Counted from the first letter of the stretch, positions 1 to 12,775 are shown. The stretch: 64,000 bases of DNA from Squalus acanthias (GCA_030390025.1 CM059432.1:79548001-79612000); one strand, 5' to 3'. Numbers and translations are program-made. The notes: generated from the letters alone by a model not told the origin.

Positions 1-2740
1 AGGTGTGGTCTCACCAAGGCCCTGTATAACTGTAATAAGACATCCTTGCTCCTGTACTCAAATCCTCTTGCAATGAAGGCCAACATACCATTTGCCTTCC
101 TAACTGCTTGCTGCACATGTATGTTTGCTTTCAGTGACTGATGTACAAGGACACCCAGGTCCATTTGTACATCAACATTTCCCAATCTACCACCATTCAA
201 ATAATACTCTGCCTTTCTGTTTTTCCTACCGAAGTGGATAACTTCACATTTATCCACGTTATACTGCATCTGCCATGTATTTGCCCACTCACTCAACCTG
301 TCCAAATCGCCTTGAAGCCTCTTTACATCCTCCTCACAACTCACAATCCCACCTAGTTTCGTGTCGTCAGCAAACTTGGAAATATTACATTTGGTTCCCT
401 CATCCAAATAATTGATGTATATTGTGAATAGCTGGGGCCCAAGCACTGATCCCTGTGGTACCCCACTAGTCACCGCCTGCCACCCCGAAAAAGACTCATT
501 TATTCCTACTCTCTGTTTCCTGTCTGTTAACCAATTTTCAATCCTTGCCAGTATATTACCCCCAATCCCATGTGCTTTAATTTTGCACACTAACCTCTTA
601 TGTGGGACTTTATCAAAGGCCTTCTGAAAATCCAAAAACACCACATCCACTGGTTCTCCCTTATCTATTCTACCAGTTACATCCTCAAAAAACTCCAGTA
701 GGTTTGTCAAACACGATTTCCCTTTCATAAATCCATGTTGGCTTTGTCTAATCCCATTGATATTTTCTAACTGTCCTGTTATAAAATAGACTCTAGCATT
801 TTCCCTACTACTGATGTTAGGTTAACCGGTCTGTAGTTCCCTGTTTTCCCTCTCCCTCCTTTTTTAAATAGTGGGGTAACATTTGCCACCCTCCAATCTG
901 CAGGAACTGTTCCATAATCTATAGAATTTTGGAAGATGACAACCAATGCATCCACTATTTCCATGGCTACCTCTTTTAGTACTCTGGGATGCAGATTATC
1001 AGGCCCTGGGGATTTATCAGCTTTCAGTCCCATTAATTTCTCCAGCACTATTTTTTTACTAATACTAATTTCCTTTAATTCCTCCTTCTCACTAGACCCT
1101 TGGTTCCCTAGCATTTCCGGGAGGTTATGTGTGTCCTCTTCTGTGAAGACAGAACCAAAGTATTTGTTTAATTGCACTGCCATTTCCTTGTTCCCCATTA
1201 TAAATTCTCCCGTTTCTGACTGTAAGGGACCTACATTTGTCTTCACTAATCTTTTTCTTTTTACATACATGTAGAAGCTTTTACAGTCTGCTTTTATGTT
1301 CCTTGCAAGTTTACTCTCATACGCTATTTTTCCCCTCTTAATCAATCTCTTGGTCCTTTTTAGCTGAACTCTAAACTGCTCCTAATCTTCAGGCTTGCTA
1401 CTTTTTCTGGCAACTTTATATGACTCCTCTTTGGATCTAATACTATCCTTAATTTCTTTTGTTAGCCATGGTTGGGCCGCTTTTCCTTTTGTGTTTTTGC
1501 GCCAGAAAGGAATGTATAACTGTTGCAATTCGTGCATTCATTCCTTAAATGTTAGCCTTTGTCTATCCACCGTCATGCCTTTTAATGAAGCTCCCCAATC
1601 TATCATAGGAAACTACAAAGGTATGAGGAGTGAGTTGGCTTTGTTTAGATTTAGAACCCTAGTTTCGGATTGGACTTCTTCACTTTTCATCTTAATGAAG
1701 AATTCTATCATGTTATGGTCACTCTTCCCTAAAGGACCCCGCACAACAAGATTATTAATTAACCCCTTCTCATTGCACAATACCCAATCTAGGATAGCCT
1801 GTTCCCTAGTTGGCTCCTCAACGTACTGGTCTAAAAAAAGATCTCGTACACACTCCAGGAATTCATCCTCCACAGTATTATTGCTAATTTGGTTTGGCCA
1901 GTCTATATGTCGATTAAAGTCACCCATGATTACTGTAGTACCCTTGTTACATGCATCTCTAATTTCCTGTTTAATGCCATCCCCTACATTACTACTACTG
2001 TTTGGAGGCCTATAGACAACTCCCACCAATGTTTTCTGCCCCTTGGTGCTTCTTAGCTCCACCCAGACTGATTCTACATCTTGATTTTCTGAGCCAATAT
2101 CCTTTCTCACTATTGCTCTGATTTCATCCTTTACTAACAACGCCACCCCGCCTCCTTTTCCTTTTTGCCTGTCCTTCCTAAATAATGAATATCCTTGGAT
2201 ATTCAGCTCCCAGCCTTGGTCACCGTGCAGCCATGTCTCCGTAATCGCAATTATATCGTATTCCTTTACATCTATTTGTGCTGTTAATTCATCTACCTTA
2301 TTACGAATGCTTCGTGCATTCAGATTTGTCTTTTTAACATTTTTAGCCATCTTAAACATTTTTTTGTACTATGGCCCTATTTGTCTTATTACCATTTTTT
2401 CTTACCCAGACCCTATTGGTTAGTGCACTCCTTTGTTTGTATGCTCTGTCCCTTCCTGACACAATCTGGTTATCCTTACCCCAATCACTTTCCTACGCTG
2501 CTTCCTTGTCTTTTCTTTTTAGCATTCTCCACTGGGACACTCCCCCCCCTTATTTAGTTTAAAGCCCTATCTACCTCCCTAGTTATTCGATTCGCTAGAA
2601 CTCTGGTCCCAGCATGGTTCAGGTGTAGTCCGTCCCAACGGAACAGCTCTCTTTCCCCAGTACTGGTGCCAGTGTCCCACGAATCGAAACCCACTTCTCC
2701 CACACCAATCTTTGAGCCACGCATTCATCTCCCTGATCCT
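1..2740 (-). mobile_element. CR1-clade LINE (HER1-like), decayed: ORF1 3' end, APE endonuclease and RT; runs off the left edge
   Basis: ORF 1613..2359 has NARSIRNK..IAITETWL..GDFN..DWVL..SDHN (APE endonuclease). ORF 779..1345 has KSPGPD..WRVANVTPLFKKG..NYRPV. Antisense [10 protein letters not shown] at about 430-470. Confidence 0.92.
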
Positions 2741-4324
2741 GCAGTAGCCAGTCTTCAGCCAATTCGATTCACTCCACCTGATATCAAGAAACAGCTGAGC
2801 GCACTGGATACAGCAAAGGCTGTGGGCCCCGACAATATCCCGGTTGTCGTGCTGAAGACTTGTGCTCCAGAACTAGCCACGCCTCTAGCCAAGCTGTTCC
2901 AGTACAGCTATAGCACTGGCATCTATCGACAATGTGGAAAACTGCCCAGATATATCCTGTCCACAAAATGCAGGACAAATCCAATCCGGTCAATTACCGC
3001 CCCATCAGTCTACTCTCAATCATCAACAAAGTGATGGAAGGTGTCGCCGACAGTGCTATCAAGCAGCACTTACTCACCAATAACCTGCTCACTCATGTCC
3101 AGTTTGGGTTCCACCAGGACCACTCGGCTCCAGACCTCATTACAGCCTTGGTCCAAACATGGACAAAAGAGCTGAATTCCAGAGGTGAGTTGAGAGTGAC
3201 TGCCCTTGACATCAAGGCAGCATTTGACCGAGTGTGGCATCAAGGAGCCCTAGTAAAACAGAAGTCAATGGGAATCGGGGGGAAAACTTTCCACTGTTTG
3301 GAGTCATACCTTGCACAAAGGAAGATGGTTGTGGTGGTTGGAGGTCAATCATCACAACCCCAGGACATCGCTGCAGTAGTTCCTCAAGGCAGTGTCCTAA
3401 GCCCAACCATCTCCAGCTACTTCATCAATGACCTTCCCTCCATCAAAAGGTCAGAAATGGGGATGTTCGTTGATGACTGCTGTGTTCAGTGCCATTTGCA
3501 TCTCCTCAGATAATGAATCAGTCCATGCCCGCATGCAGCAAGACCTGGACGGCATTCAGGCTTGGGCTGATAAGTGGCAGGTAACATTCACGCCACAGAA
3601 GTGCCAGGCAATGACTATCTCCAACAAGCGAGCATCTAACCACCGCCCCTTGACATTCAACGGCATTACCATCGCGAATCCCCCACCAACAATATCCTGG
3701 GGGTCACCATTGACCAGAAACTTAACTGGACCAGCCACACCCAGCACGGACTCTATGGGCCGAATGGCCTCCTTCTGTGCCGTTATGACTCTATGGGCTC
3801 GAATTTCATCGGGCCGTTGAGGCGGGATTGGAGGCGTGTGGGTGGTTAAAATTGCAAAAACTGGCGGGCGGGCCCAACCCCGCCTCCATCCCGCCTCCAA
3901 GCAATTTTCATTAAATCGTGTCTACTGGTCCCGTCTCCGTCCCGCCTCCAAGAGGCGGGATAGGCCGTTAAGGCCCTTAACAAGCACTAAATTGCCTCTA
4001 TAATGCCATTTTGATAGGCCTTTGTGATTTTAACCCTTTTCTCACGTGAAGCACACCTGTTCTGAAACACGACGGTGAAACCTGGCGGTAGCACAATTGG
4101 ATTGCTGACTATCAGCTGCAGCTCAACCATTAAATAGGAGATTTGATCAGCCATCATTTGCAGGTGGCAGGACTTTTCTGTCTCAGGTCTGGGGGAACTT
4201 TTAGATGGCATAACCACAGCTGTGGAAGTTTGGAGCCTGACACCCATCTCCAGTGTGACCTCCTGGGAAACACCTCTCGCCATCTTGACTGAGCGCTTCC
4301 TCAACTGAGGCATATACCAGAAGC

Positions 4325-5179
4325 ATGGGAACCATTTATTTTCTTCCCTTCTGGACATCAGATGAGGACGAAGACCAGCCGCGGCACCAGCAGAACCATG
4401 AACAACAGCAGCACCAACAGCAACAGCAGCAGCAACAACAGGAGCGCCAAGTTGATGCTCACCCACACGAAGCTGCACAGGCCAGAAGGGGCCAGCGCAT
4501 GGAAGCCCGTTGGCGCAGGAGATACCCCCCAAACAGGGTCTACAGATACAGGGTCAGCTACCTCAATATGTCTGAGCAGCAGTGCCAAAGGTGGCTCCGA
4601 CTTCCACGAGAGGTAGTGGGTGAGATCTGCGCAATGCTGCAACAAGACCTGGAGCCCAGAGGACCAGGTGGACAACCCTTACCAGTGGCCGTCAAAGTCA
4701 CCACCACACTCAACTTTTTTGCCTCAGGCTCATTCCAGGGATCAGCAGCAGACATCAGCGGCATCTCCCAGGCGGCCACACACACTTGCATCATGCAGGT
4801 AACCGATACCCTCTTTGCCATCGCGCACAATCACATCCATTTCACCAAGGATCAAGCAAGTGTCACGGCGCGTGCGGTTGGGTTAGCTAATCTGGCAGGC
4901 TTTCCAAGGGTGCAGGGCGTCGTTGATTGCACACATGTGGCCCTTAAGGCACCCATCGCCACCCAGGTATTTTTGTCAACCGCAAAGGCTTCCACTCCCT
5001 TAACATTCAGCTGGTGTGTGACCACAAGAAGGAAATTTTGCATGTTTGTGCCAAGTACCCTGGCAGTTGCCATGACTCCTTCATACTGCGCCAGTCTAGT
5101 GTGCCTCCGCTCTTCAGTCCACCAGACCAACTTAACGGATGGCTACTTGGAGACGTGGCTAATGACACCGTTGACATAA
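4325..5179 (+). pseudogene. Harbinger (HARBI1-like) DDE transposase, frameshifted and C-terminally deleted
   Basis: LNFFASGSFQ, GFPRVQGVVDCTHV, then [16 protein letters not shown] and GWLLGD in another frame. KGYP and the EQTIG region are missing. N-terminal poly-Q. Confidence 0.9.
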
Positions 5180-5202
5180 AACATCAGAATTCACCCAAGT
5201 GA

Positions 5203-7180
5203 CTACTTGTGCACTATCTTTCTCTTACGCATGCTCCTACGTGGTGCTTCCCCTGTGGCTTCAGCAGATGTGGAGGCCCCTTGCTCACTTTCTTGCTGCT
5301 CCTGTCTTGACACCTTTGGCGGGCGTCCTCTGGGGTTGCGAACCTGTGAGGGCTCACCAACAGTCTGCTGCTCCTGCGGCTGTGCAGGGGTTGAGACGCC
5401 GATCTCAGTTGGGTGCGGACTCTGGTGGGGCTTTGACCGTGGACTTGTCAGTGGCATGGAAGTGTGAGCGCTTGGAGAGGAGCCCCCACTTCCTTGTTCT
5501 CTGCAAACAACATCCCTCTCATGGGTCAGGTCCACCTCAGCGCTTGCAAGTGGATTGAGAGCACCTTGCTGCACATCAGGGGGGCCATGGGGACCCGTAT
5601 CTGCACTGGAAGTCCTACTCAGAAGGACTTCCATGAAGGTCTGGTTTCTGTGTTCAATAGATGACCATCGCTCCTCCAGAGATGTCATCCTATTCTGAAC
5701 ACTCACCATGTTTTCTGCACTCTGGCGACTTATCTCCTCCATGGCCACAGCCATCCTCTCGTCTACTGTAGCCATCCTTTCGACGGAGGTTGCCATCATT
5801 TGCACAGAGGTTGCCATCCTTTCCGTGGTGATGCGTTCATGCGCCAATGACTCCACAAAGGCTCTGCTCATGTTCGCAATGGACTCCTCCATTCGCTCCA
5901 CACTCGCAGCGACCCTGGAGACAAAACCTGCCAGAGACTCCTGCATCTGTTCCTGGAGTTCCAGCACCGCTGATCTTATGGATGGACCCAGAGGCAGAGG
6001 GTCAACATGCAGCTGAGCCGAGCTGGGAGAGTCCTGCGCCCTCCGACTAGGACTCTCCACTGCTGTCCCTGTCTCCACTATCTGCTGATGCTCACTTGTG
6101 AGCTGTGATACACCAGGTGACAACACTACTCTATCTCGCGATGTTCCCTCCGAGGTGTGAGTGTCTGCGCTGGGGCTGGGTGAGCTGAATTCTGCTGACG
6201 CTGTGCCCTCAGAGGTTGCAGCTTCCTCTGAGGAGTCTTGAGGCTCATGCTCTTCCTCCTGGATAGTGGGGATGGGTGCTTACGATGGTCCTGGGGGGGA
6301 GTAAAGGAAAGAGTCAGAGATGTGAGGACAAGGTTACATGCACATTGCATATTGCAGATATGTCCATCTGTTAGAGCTTCAGAATCATTATCAGCGACTC
6401 ATGCAATGTCATTGAGAGAGATGGAAAACTATTCTGTCACCAGCTTGCTGTGATGCGCCCGTCTGTCCGTCCCCCACTTGGGAATCTTCCTCCACTCCCA
6501 CCATCTCCAGGACCGCCTCCTCCCAGGTGGTGAGCTGGGCTACTGAGGGTGGCTCTCCTCCTGTCCTCGCTCTTTCCCTCTTATTGTGAGCTCCCTTTTC
6601 CTGCAATGAGGGAGACAAGTGGAGTTTGAGTGAGAATGAAGGAGCGCGTGTAGAGAATCCATAGCATAGATGCTTAGAAGGAGACAAAGATGGAGTGAGG
6701 TGGCAAGACCAAGGGCCCTCCCTGTGTGTTGTAAGTTGTAATTGCATCACAGTGATAGGGAGTGTGAGGGCTGCATAGTCGAATAGTTAGGTGAATGTGA
6801 CCATAGAGAGAGAGGGAATGGGTAAGGGTGCATGGATGTCAGTGTCAAGTGGGATGTGGAGGAAGAGATTGCTAAAGCTGAGTGCTGGTGAGGAGAGGCA
6901 ATGGGGATCAGATTGAGGGTGATGGGAAATTCATACTAATTTTTCCAGTGCGCAGAAGGTCATGAAGCCTCTTCCTGCACTGAAGCCAGGTTCTGCGGGT
7001 TATTGACAAAGAGTTGACCTCCTCTGCCACCTGGATCCACACAGCCTTGGTTTGCTGGGGAGGCTTCTTCCTCCCTGAAGAAGGGAAGAGCACCTCTTTG
7101 TTTGCTCTTGCTCCCTCTACTAAAGCCTGCAGGGCAACGTCATCAAAGCGGGGTGCAGACCTAGGTCTCTGGCTGGCCAT
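5203..7180 (-). pseudogene. Harbinger Myb/SANT (trihelix) protein gene, 3 exons (about 7180-6941, 6600-6441, 6290-5203)
   Basis: Exon 1 APRFDDVALQALVE..VLFP..W..VAEEVN..RTWLQCRKRLHDL. AG acceptors at 6602-6601 and 6292-6291, GT donor at 6440-6439, and phases join into ORF 5203..6126. First donor degenerate; in-frame TAA at 6282-6280. Confidence 0.8.
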
Positions 7181-8324
7181 TCTTCCTGCAGGTGCCTCTA
7201 ACATGCAAGGGCAAAAGCTTGGCAGTCTGCAGAAGAAACAAGGCTTGTTGCAGACCTTAAATGCAGCAGCAATGATGACGTCATCGGAGGCGACTTTCAG
7301 ACTGGAAAAACTCACTGGCCATGGGTTCCCACACGTTGGAACTCAATTGGCCAATTAGGTTAAAATGGCATCATTCTCCCACATCAATTTAGAATCGGGT
7401 GGCGAACACGAAATGTGGATTACACGACCCCAGCCCGCCCCAGTATCAAAATCCAGCCCTATGACTCTATGACATAAATACTGTGGCAACAAGAGCAGGT
7501 CAGAGGCTGGGTATTCTGTGGCGAGTGTCTTACCTCCTGACTCCCCAAAGCCTTTTCACCATCTACAAGGCACAAGTCAGGAGTGTGATAGAATAGTCTC
7601 CACTTGCCTGGATGAGTGCAGCTCCAACAATACTCAAGAAGCTCGACACCATCCAGGACAAAGCAGCCCGCTTGTTTGCCACCCCATCCACCACCATAAA
7701 CATTTACTCCCTCCACCACCGGCGTACCGTGGCTGCAGTGTGTACCATCTACAAGATGCACTGCAGCAACTCGCCAAGGCTTCTTCGACAGCACCTCCCA
7801 AACCCGCGACCTCTTCCACTTAGAAGGACAAGGGCAGCAGGCGCATGGGAACACCACCACCTCCAAGTTCCCCCCCCAAGTCACACACCATCCTGTCTTG
7901 GAAGTATATCGTCGTTCCTTCATTGTCGCTGGGTCAAAATCCTGGAACTCCCTCCCTAACAGCACTGTGGGAGTACCTTCACCACAAGGACTGCAGCGGT
8001 TCAAGAAGGCGGCTCACCACCACCTTCTCAAGGGCAACTAGGGATGGGCAATAAATGCTGGCCTTGCCAGCGATGCCTACATCCCATGAATGAATTTTTA
8101 AAAAAACGCCCACCGCTGCAGGTGGCACTATGATAGGGCATCTCAAGGTCAAAATATAACAATAAATAATTTCAAAATACTGTACTTACAAAACTGAGCC
8201 AAAAAGCAACTCCCTTTCACTATGGCCAGTATTTACATCAACCCAGAGAAGATCGGGTCTGGAGAACAGATGGTTTTCCCCTCCTCAAAATAGAGAGCAG
8301 AATTGGGCCACAGAGAACAGAAGT

Positions 8325-8660
8325 TTTTTTTTTATTTGTTTATGGGATCTGGGCGTCGCTGGCAAGGCCAGCATTTATTGCCCATCCCTAATTGCCCTTG
8401 AGAAGGTGGTGGTGAGCCGCCTTCTTGAACCGCTGCAGTCCATGTGGTGAAGGTACTCCCACAGTGCTGTTAGGGAGAGAGTTCCAGGATTTTGACCCAG
8501 TGACGATGAAGGATCGGCAATATACTTCTAAGTCAGAATGGTGTATGACTTGGAGGGGAACTTGGAGGTGGTGGTGTTCCCATGCGTCTGCTGCCCTTGT
8601 CCTTCTAGGTGGAAGAGGTCGCGGGTTTGGGAGGTGCTGCCGAAGAAGCCTTGGCGAGTC
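8325..8660 (-). mobile_element. LINE family B 3' end fragment
   Basis: Reverse translation ..KSWNSLPNSTVGVPSPHGLQRFKKAAHHHLLKGN* followed by the family tail. Confidence 0.85.
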
Positions 8661-9029
8661 TGCCCCCCCAGAAACCACCACCCACCAACTGAGGGCAAAA
8701 TCAGTTCTTGTAAGCCAGAAGTCCAATCCCCAGACCCCTCCACCCACTGAGATGAGAATCAGGACACTATGCTGCCCCTGCCTCCACTGAGGAAAGAAGG
8801 GGAGTTCAGTAGACCCCATCCCCGATTAAATGAATTTTCGCCACCACCCCACCCCCCAGGAAAGACAAAGCTTACCCTATGGCCCCCCTGCCCCCACGTG
8901 AGGTGATATCCGGACCATCTCCACCGAATAGGTTTGCCAACCTCCTATCCCCAATTAGGTAGTTTCCCAGCCTTTGCTTCCCCCCACCCCCATTTCCCCT
9001 CTCTTGCTGCTACCCCGTCCCCTTCTCTT

Positions 9030-9120
9030 TTTTTTATTCGTTTATGGGATGTGAGCGTCGCTGGCAAGGCCAGCATTTATTGCCCATCCCTAATTGCCCT
9101 TGAGAAGAGGGTGGTGAAGG
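9030..9120 (-). mobile_element. LINE family B extreme 3' end fragment
   Basis: gtcgctggcaaggccagcatttattgcccatccctaattgcccttgagaag, same as 8355-8405. Confidence 0.8.
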
Positions 9121-10299
9121 TGGCAGTCTGTCTTTCCACTCCCCTCCCTCCCCATCCCCTTTCCCGCATTCTATTTCTCACCCACCTCCCATCTTCACTC
9201 TAATCTTCTATCGCTCTTCCCTACTCCCCATTCACCTCCCCTACCTTTAACCCTGCTACACCTGAATATTCCAGGCAATGCCATTGACTAGTTAAACTGT
9301 AAATAGAATACTTAAAAAGCTTGTATCCTAGTTACCTATTGCTGAACTGAAACTCAGAACCCATCACACAATGTATTGTAACCTCAAATCTACAGGACTA
9401 ATCTTTCCCTTTCACCTACATGATTCTGTTTGTACTCACTCAATGATTCTTACACACTGAGAGTTAAAAAAATACTTATTTATCAGCAAATAAAATAGAT
9501 TTACTTATTTCTCAGCAAGATCTTTTTGAAAATAGGTAGGAGACAAAGTAACTAAGGAATTTGGAATTGGGAACACAGTAAAATATAACCACAGCTGACT
9601 GAACACTGACATTTTATTGATTTTCTTCTTCTGCTTTTTACTGCAACAATTTCAATGTATTTCATGTGTTGGCATTCAGTCTTGAATGTGAACAGGCTTT
9701 TACCTTACTCATTGGCAGGGTGTCCAGAAGCAATTTTTTTCTTAGTTACTATTTCTGGTTAACCAGAGAATAACTCAGTTAATACTTTAGAGATTAAACA
9801 GAATAAAATTGCCCATAAATTAGTAAAATCTGTAATAGGAGAACCCTGGTCAGTTTTCCCTTCCTTAACTAAACGGTAGTGAGGGCAATTACAGCATTTG
9901 TACAGTTACTCCATCTGAGATCAGCTAACACAGCAGACAGGGAATCAAACCCATGGACCTTCCTCATCTGTATTACCGGTTACTCAATGGATAAACTCAC
10001 TGAGCCCTCTGCAGAGCAACATGGACTACATTTTACTGCTATAAAAGCAAGTCTTTAGACACAACAGAATCTTGATGCACAAATCGTATTGCAGATTTTC
10101 GATTATTTCAATTGTGAAAATGGGCTGATTTTTTTATTTTACACAGAGTAAAAATGAATGAAAGACATAAATTTAGAAATCAATGAAACTGCAAATACAG
10201 TGCTAGGATACAGATTTATGACCACTATTCCTCTACTATTTCTCGTGGCAAAGTAGAGAAAAAAAGGAGATCAGGATGAAGCACTTTACTATGAGGCTT

Positions 10300-10422
10300 G
10301 GTGGTCTTGTGTCTGAAAAGACAGATGACAGCCTGTACTTTGTTGACACAGGAGATAAAAAGAAAGATCTGCTTCAAAATAAAGGAAAATTGAAGTCTCT
10401 GCGGATCAACCTAATTCTACAG
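10300..10422 (+). pseudogene. NOP53 (GLTSCR2/PICT1)-like retro-fragment
   Basis: GGLVSEKTDDSLYFVDTGDKKK...KSLRINLILQ resembles the remembered NOP53 N-terminal segment GGLLSEAPNEKLFFVDTG..KPLRVDLIL. No flanking NOP53 sequence seen. Confidence 0.6.
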
Positions 10423-10522
10423 TCAGTACAGAGCGGCAATGGCAATAAGTACCAACATCTTGTTCCCAATAATTTATGCCTCTCTGTAGCACTATCAGAC
10501 ATCTTTCTACATTAAAGCTATA

Positions 10523-11256
10523 GGGCCATAATTTGCTGCCCCTATGGGTGCGTACATGCCCGTAGGGGCCGTGCAAATTCCAGGTTTAGGCATGCGACGC
10601 GCATGCACTAAAACCCGGAACTTGCGATCTGTCAAGAATCTTCTTGACAGATCATCTGCATCCCCAGGAAAAGGGCATCCACGGGCGGAGAGTTCTGCCC
10701 AGCGAATGCCCGTGAAATTCTTACGCCTGGTAAAAGCAGGCCATACGCTTTTACCAGCGTAAGACTTTTAAAGAACAGAAAAATACACTTTTTTCAATAA
10801 TTTATACATTTAAAAACCTGTGAAATAAGGTAAGGTTATTTTTAGCCCCTTTAAAATATGTAAATTTATTTTTCAAAAAATTAAATTTTTGTTTTAAATA
10901 TTTAATTAAAATGCCAGTTTGATTAATTTTAAATGTGTTTTTTTTTTAATTTATTTGAAGTGTACGTGTATTTTTGGGGGTATTCCCATTCATGCTTATG
11001 GAGGTTCCGTACATACGGAATCCTCATAAGTATGAATGGAGATCCCTTTCTTTCATTGGTTGGGTTGGCCCACGTGATCCCAGGGCGCTTGCAAACTGCA
11101 TGCGCCCCTGGGATATGTGGGCCTCTACGCAGGCCTACGCATAGAGGCCCAGGAGCGCAAGTATCCGAACCTCCAGGATCATCAGGTAAGTTCGTAGATT
11201 TTTTGCTGGTCGGAGGCATCCTCCCACGGGAAGCATCCGACCGCAAATTCAGGGCC
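10523..11256. mobile_element. Harbinger-type MITE
   Basis: TIRs GGGCCATAATTTGC / GCAAATTCAGGGCC, flanks ATA/ATT, GC-rich arms and AT-rich core, no coding capacity. Confidence 0.7.
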
Positions 11257-11359
11257 ATTATATAAACGTACGTTGTTGTTGTAATCGTCCCACCGTAGGA
11301 ATGATGCTGAGCATGCATTAGCTGCATGCCCACAGTGAGGAAGAGAGTCATTCTGTTCT

Positions 11360-11700
11360 GATACAGTAGTGTAGTGCTTTGGTACTGGACTACCATAGGT
11401 AGTTCAAATCCCACCATTGGAAGTTGTGAAACTAAATTAAATAAAATTAGTAATTTGTTGGCTGACACCAGAAATAAAATAACAATAAAAGCTATGGGAT
11501 TGCCAGAAAAACCCAACTGATTCACTAATGTCCTCCTTCAGGGAAGCAAACCTGCAACCCTTACCTAGTCTGACCTATAAGTGACTTTCGTCAAAATGGT
11601 TGACTCAATCCTCTCTGAAATGGCCTAGCAAACCACTTTGCTGTACAAGCAAGGTAACTAGGAATTAACAATAAAAGTGCCCTATCAGCAACACCTACAT
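11360..11700 (+). mobile_element. tRNA-derived SINE-like element sharing 5' UTR and 3' tail with LINE family B
   Basis: B-box-like agttcaaatccc; body aactgattcactaatgtcc..ctgaaatggcctagcaaaccact matches the family B 5' UTR; tail aaggtaactagg..aataaa. Confidence 0.65.
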
Positions 11701-12168
11701 ACCAGGAACATATTGGGGTGGACATGGGGCCACGCATTTATACTATGCAAGAGAAGGAATAGACTGGATGTTAGGTGGCTCTTCTTTTCCCAGAGAGTAG
11801 CGAGCCTCTGGAATGCGTTGCCGGCTGGTGCAGGTGCTGACTCCCTGCATGCCTTCAAGAGGGAGCTGGGCCGGTTCTTGACTGGAACAAAGATCGCATC
11901 ATATAGAAGGTTAAGTGGTTTTACAGATAACACATGGTCCATGCGATCTCCTGGACTGGTTTTGATGTCCAGAGATCTTGGGTTTTTCTCTGGCTTTTTT
12001 GCCTCTCTCAGGAGATTACATGGCTGTGAGGAGGTGGGGTGGGGGGGGTGGTGTTTGGGCGAGGAGATTAGTAAGTATTTGGTCCTGATGCTACAGCCAT
12101 AATGAGTGTGGGGTAGTCTTGATGGACTAGCTGTTCTTTTCCTGCCCATCATTTTCGTATGTTCGTAA
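11701..12168 (+). mobile_element. CR1 LINE 3' fragment (different subfamily)
   Basis: GH..RLDVR..FFSQRVASLWNALP..SLHAFKRELGRFL, tail tttcgtatgttcgta. Confidence 0.75.
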
Positions 12169-12221
12169 CAGATTTTTTAAAAGGTGCACGCAATCACTTT
12201 CATTCGCAAAGAATAGAAAAA

Positions 12222-12540
12222 AAAGAAAGCCTTGCATTTATATAGCGCCTTTCACAACCTCAAGACGTCCAACAAATTGGACTTTACAACCAATGAAGTA
12301 CTTTTGAAATGTAGTCACTATGATAATGTAGGAAATGCAGCAGCCAATTTGCGTACAGCAAAGCCACACAAACAGCAATGAGGTAATGACCAGATAATCT
12401 GTTTTAGTGATATTGGTTGAGAGATAAATGTTGGCCAGAATACCAGGAAGAACTCCCCTCCTTTTCTTCGAAAAGTGTCATGGGATCTTTTATGTCTACA
12501 GATGGAGCCTCAGTTTAATGTCTCATTTGAAAGACGGAAA
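12222..12540 (-). mobile_element. DeuSINE (SacSINE1-like), head missing
   Basis: Deu-domain-like ccgtctttcaaatgagacattaaactgagg..aaagatcccatg on the minus strand; L2-type tail aggcgctatataaatgcaag. Confidence 0.8.
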
Positions 12541-12658
12541 GGCAATAGTATTAGCAGAGGTCTGATGGCAGGTTGCCTGCCCACCTCTGCAGCTGTGAAC
12601 GAAGCATGGCATATGGAGACTTGCTTTAAGAATTTTCTTGTTTTTAAATTAAGATTAC

Positions 12659-12775
12659 CTTTATATCTCGAATCTGATTGTCTTCTGCCATAAACTGATT
12701 CAGGTTCCCAAGACAAGCCAATTCTTTAATCTCATCAATATTATTCTTCTTGATGTTCAAAACACACAAGGATTT
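12659..12775 (-). CDS. PPP1R42: Protein phosphatase 1 regulatory subunit 42, 4th coding exon (117 nt)
   Basis: tacag|KSLCVLNIKKNNIDEIKELACLGNLNQFMAEDNQIRDIK|gtaat, phase 0/0, leucine-rich repeats. Confidence 0.92.

Larger units (their letters stand above)
3795..7459 (+). mobile_element. PIF/Harbinger DNA transposon A (defective)
   Basis: Imperfect TIRs GGGCTCGAATTT / AAAATCCAGCCC, 3-bp TSD TAT, convergent transposase and Myb/SANT genes. Confidence 0.92.
3740..7471 (+). mobile_element. Very short CR1 3' tail (3740-3794 plus 7460-7471) with (TATGACTC)n end, hosting a Harbinger
   Basis: gggccgaatggcctccttctgtgccgttatgactctat; 52 of 54 nt identical to 42930-42983. Confidence 0.8.
2744..8105 (+). 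mobile_element. CR1/L2-group LINE 'family B', 5'-truncated, split by an insertion at 3740-7471
   Basis: RT motifs NYRPISLLS, LDIKAAFDRVWH, VPQGSVL. Sequence ...ctggaccagccaca (3739) resumes as acataaatactgtggc (7472), as in the uninterrupted copy at 46351. Ends with a family tail (gggatgggcaataaatgctggcc) and an A-run. Confidence 0.9.

Noticed and set aside
1..12658. Further PPP1R42 exons (expected ..NPV..KYRD.. segment)
   Set aside because: No matching reading frame with splice sites found by eye; probably beyond the left edge, but a short exon could have been missed.
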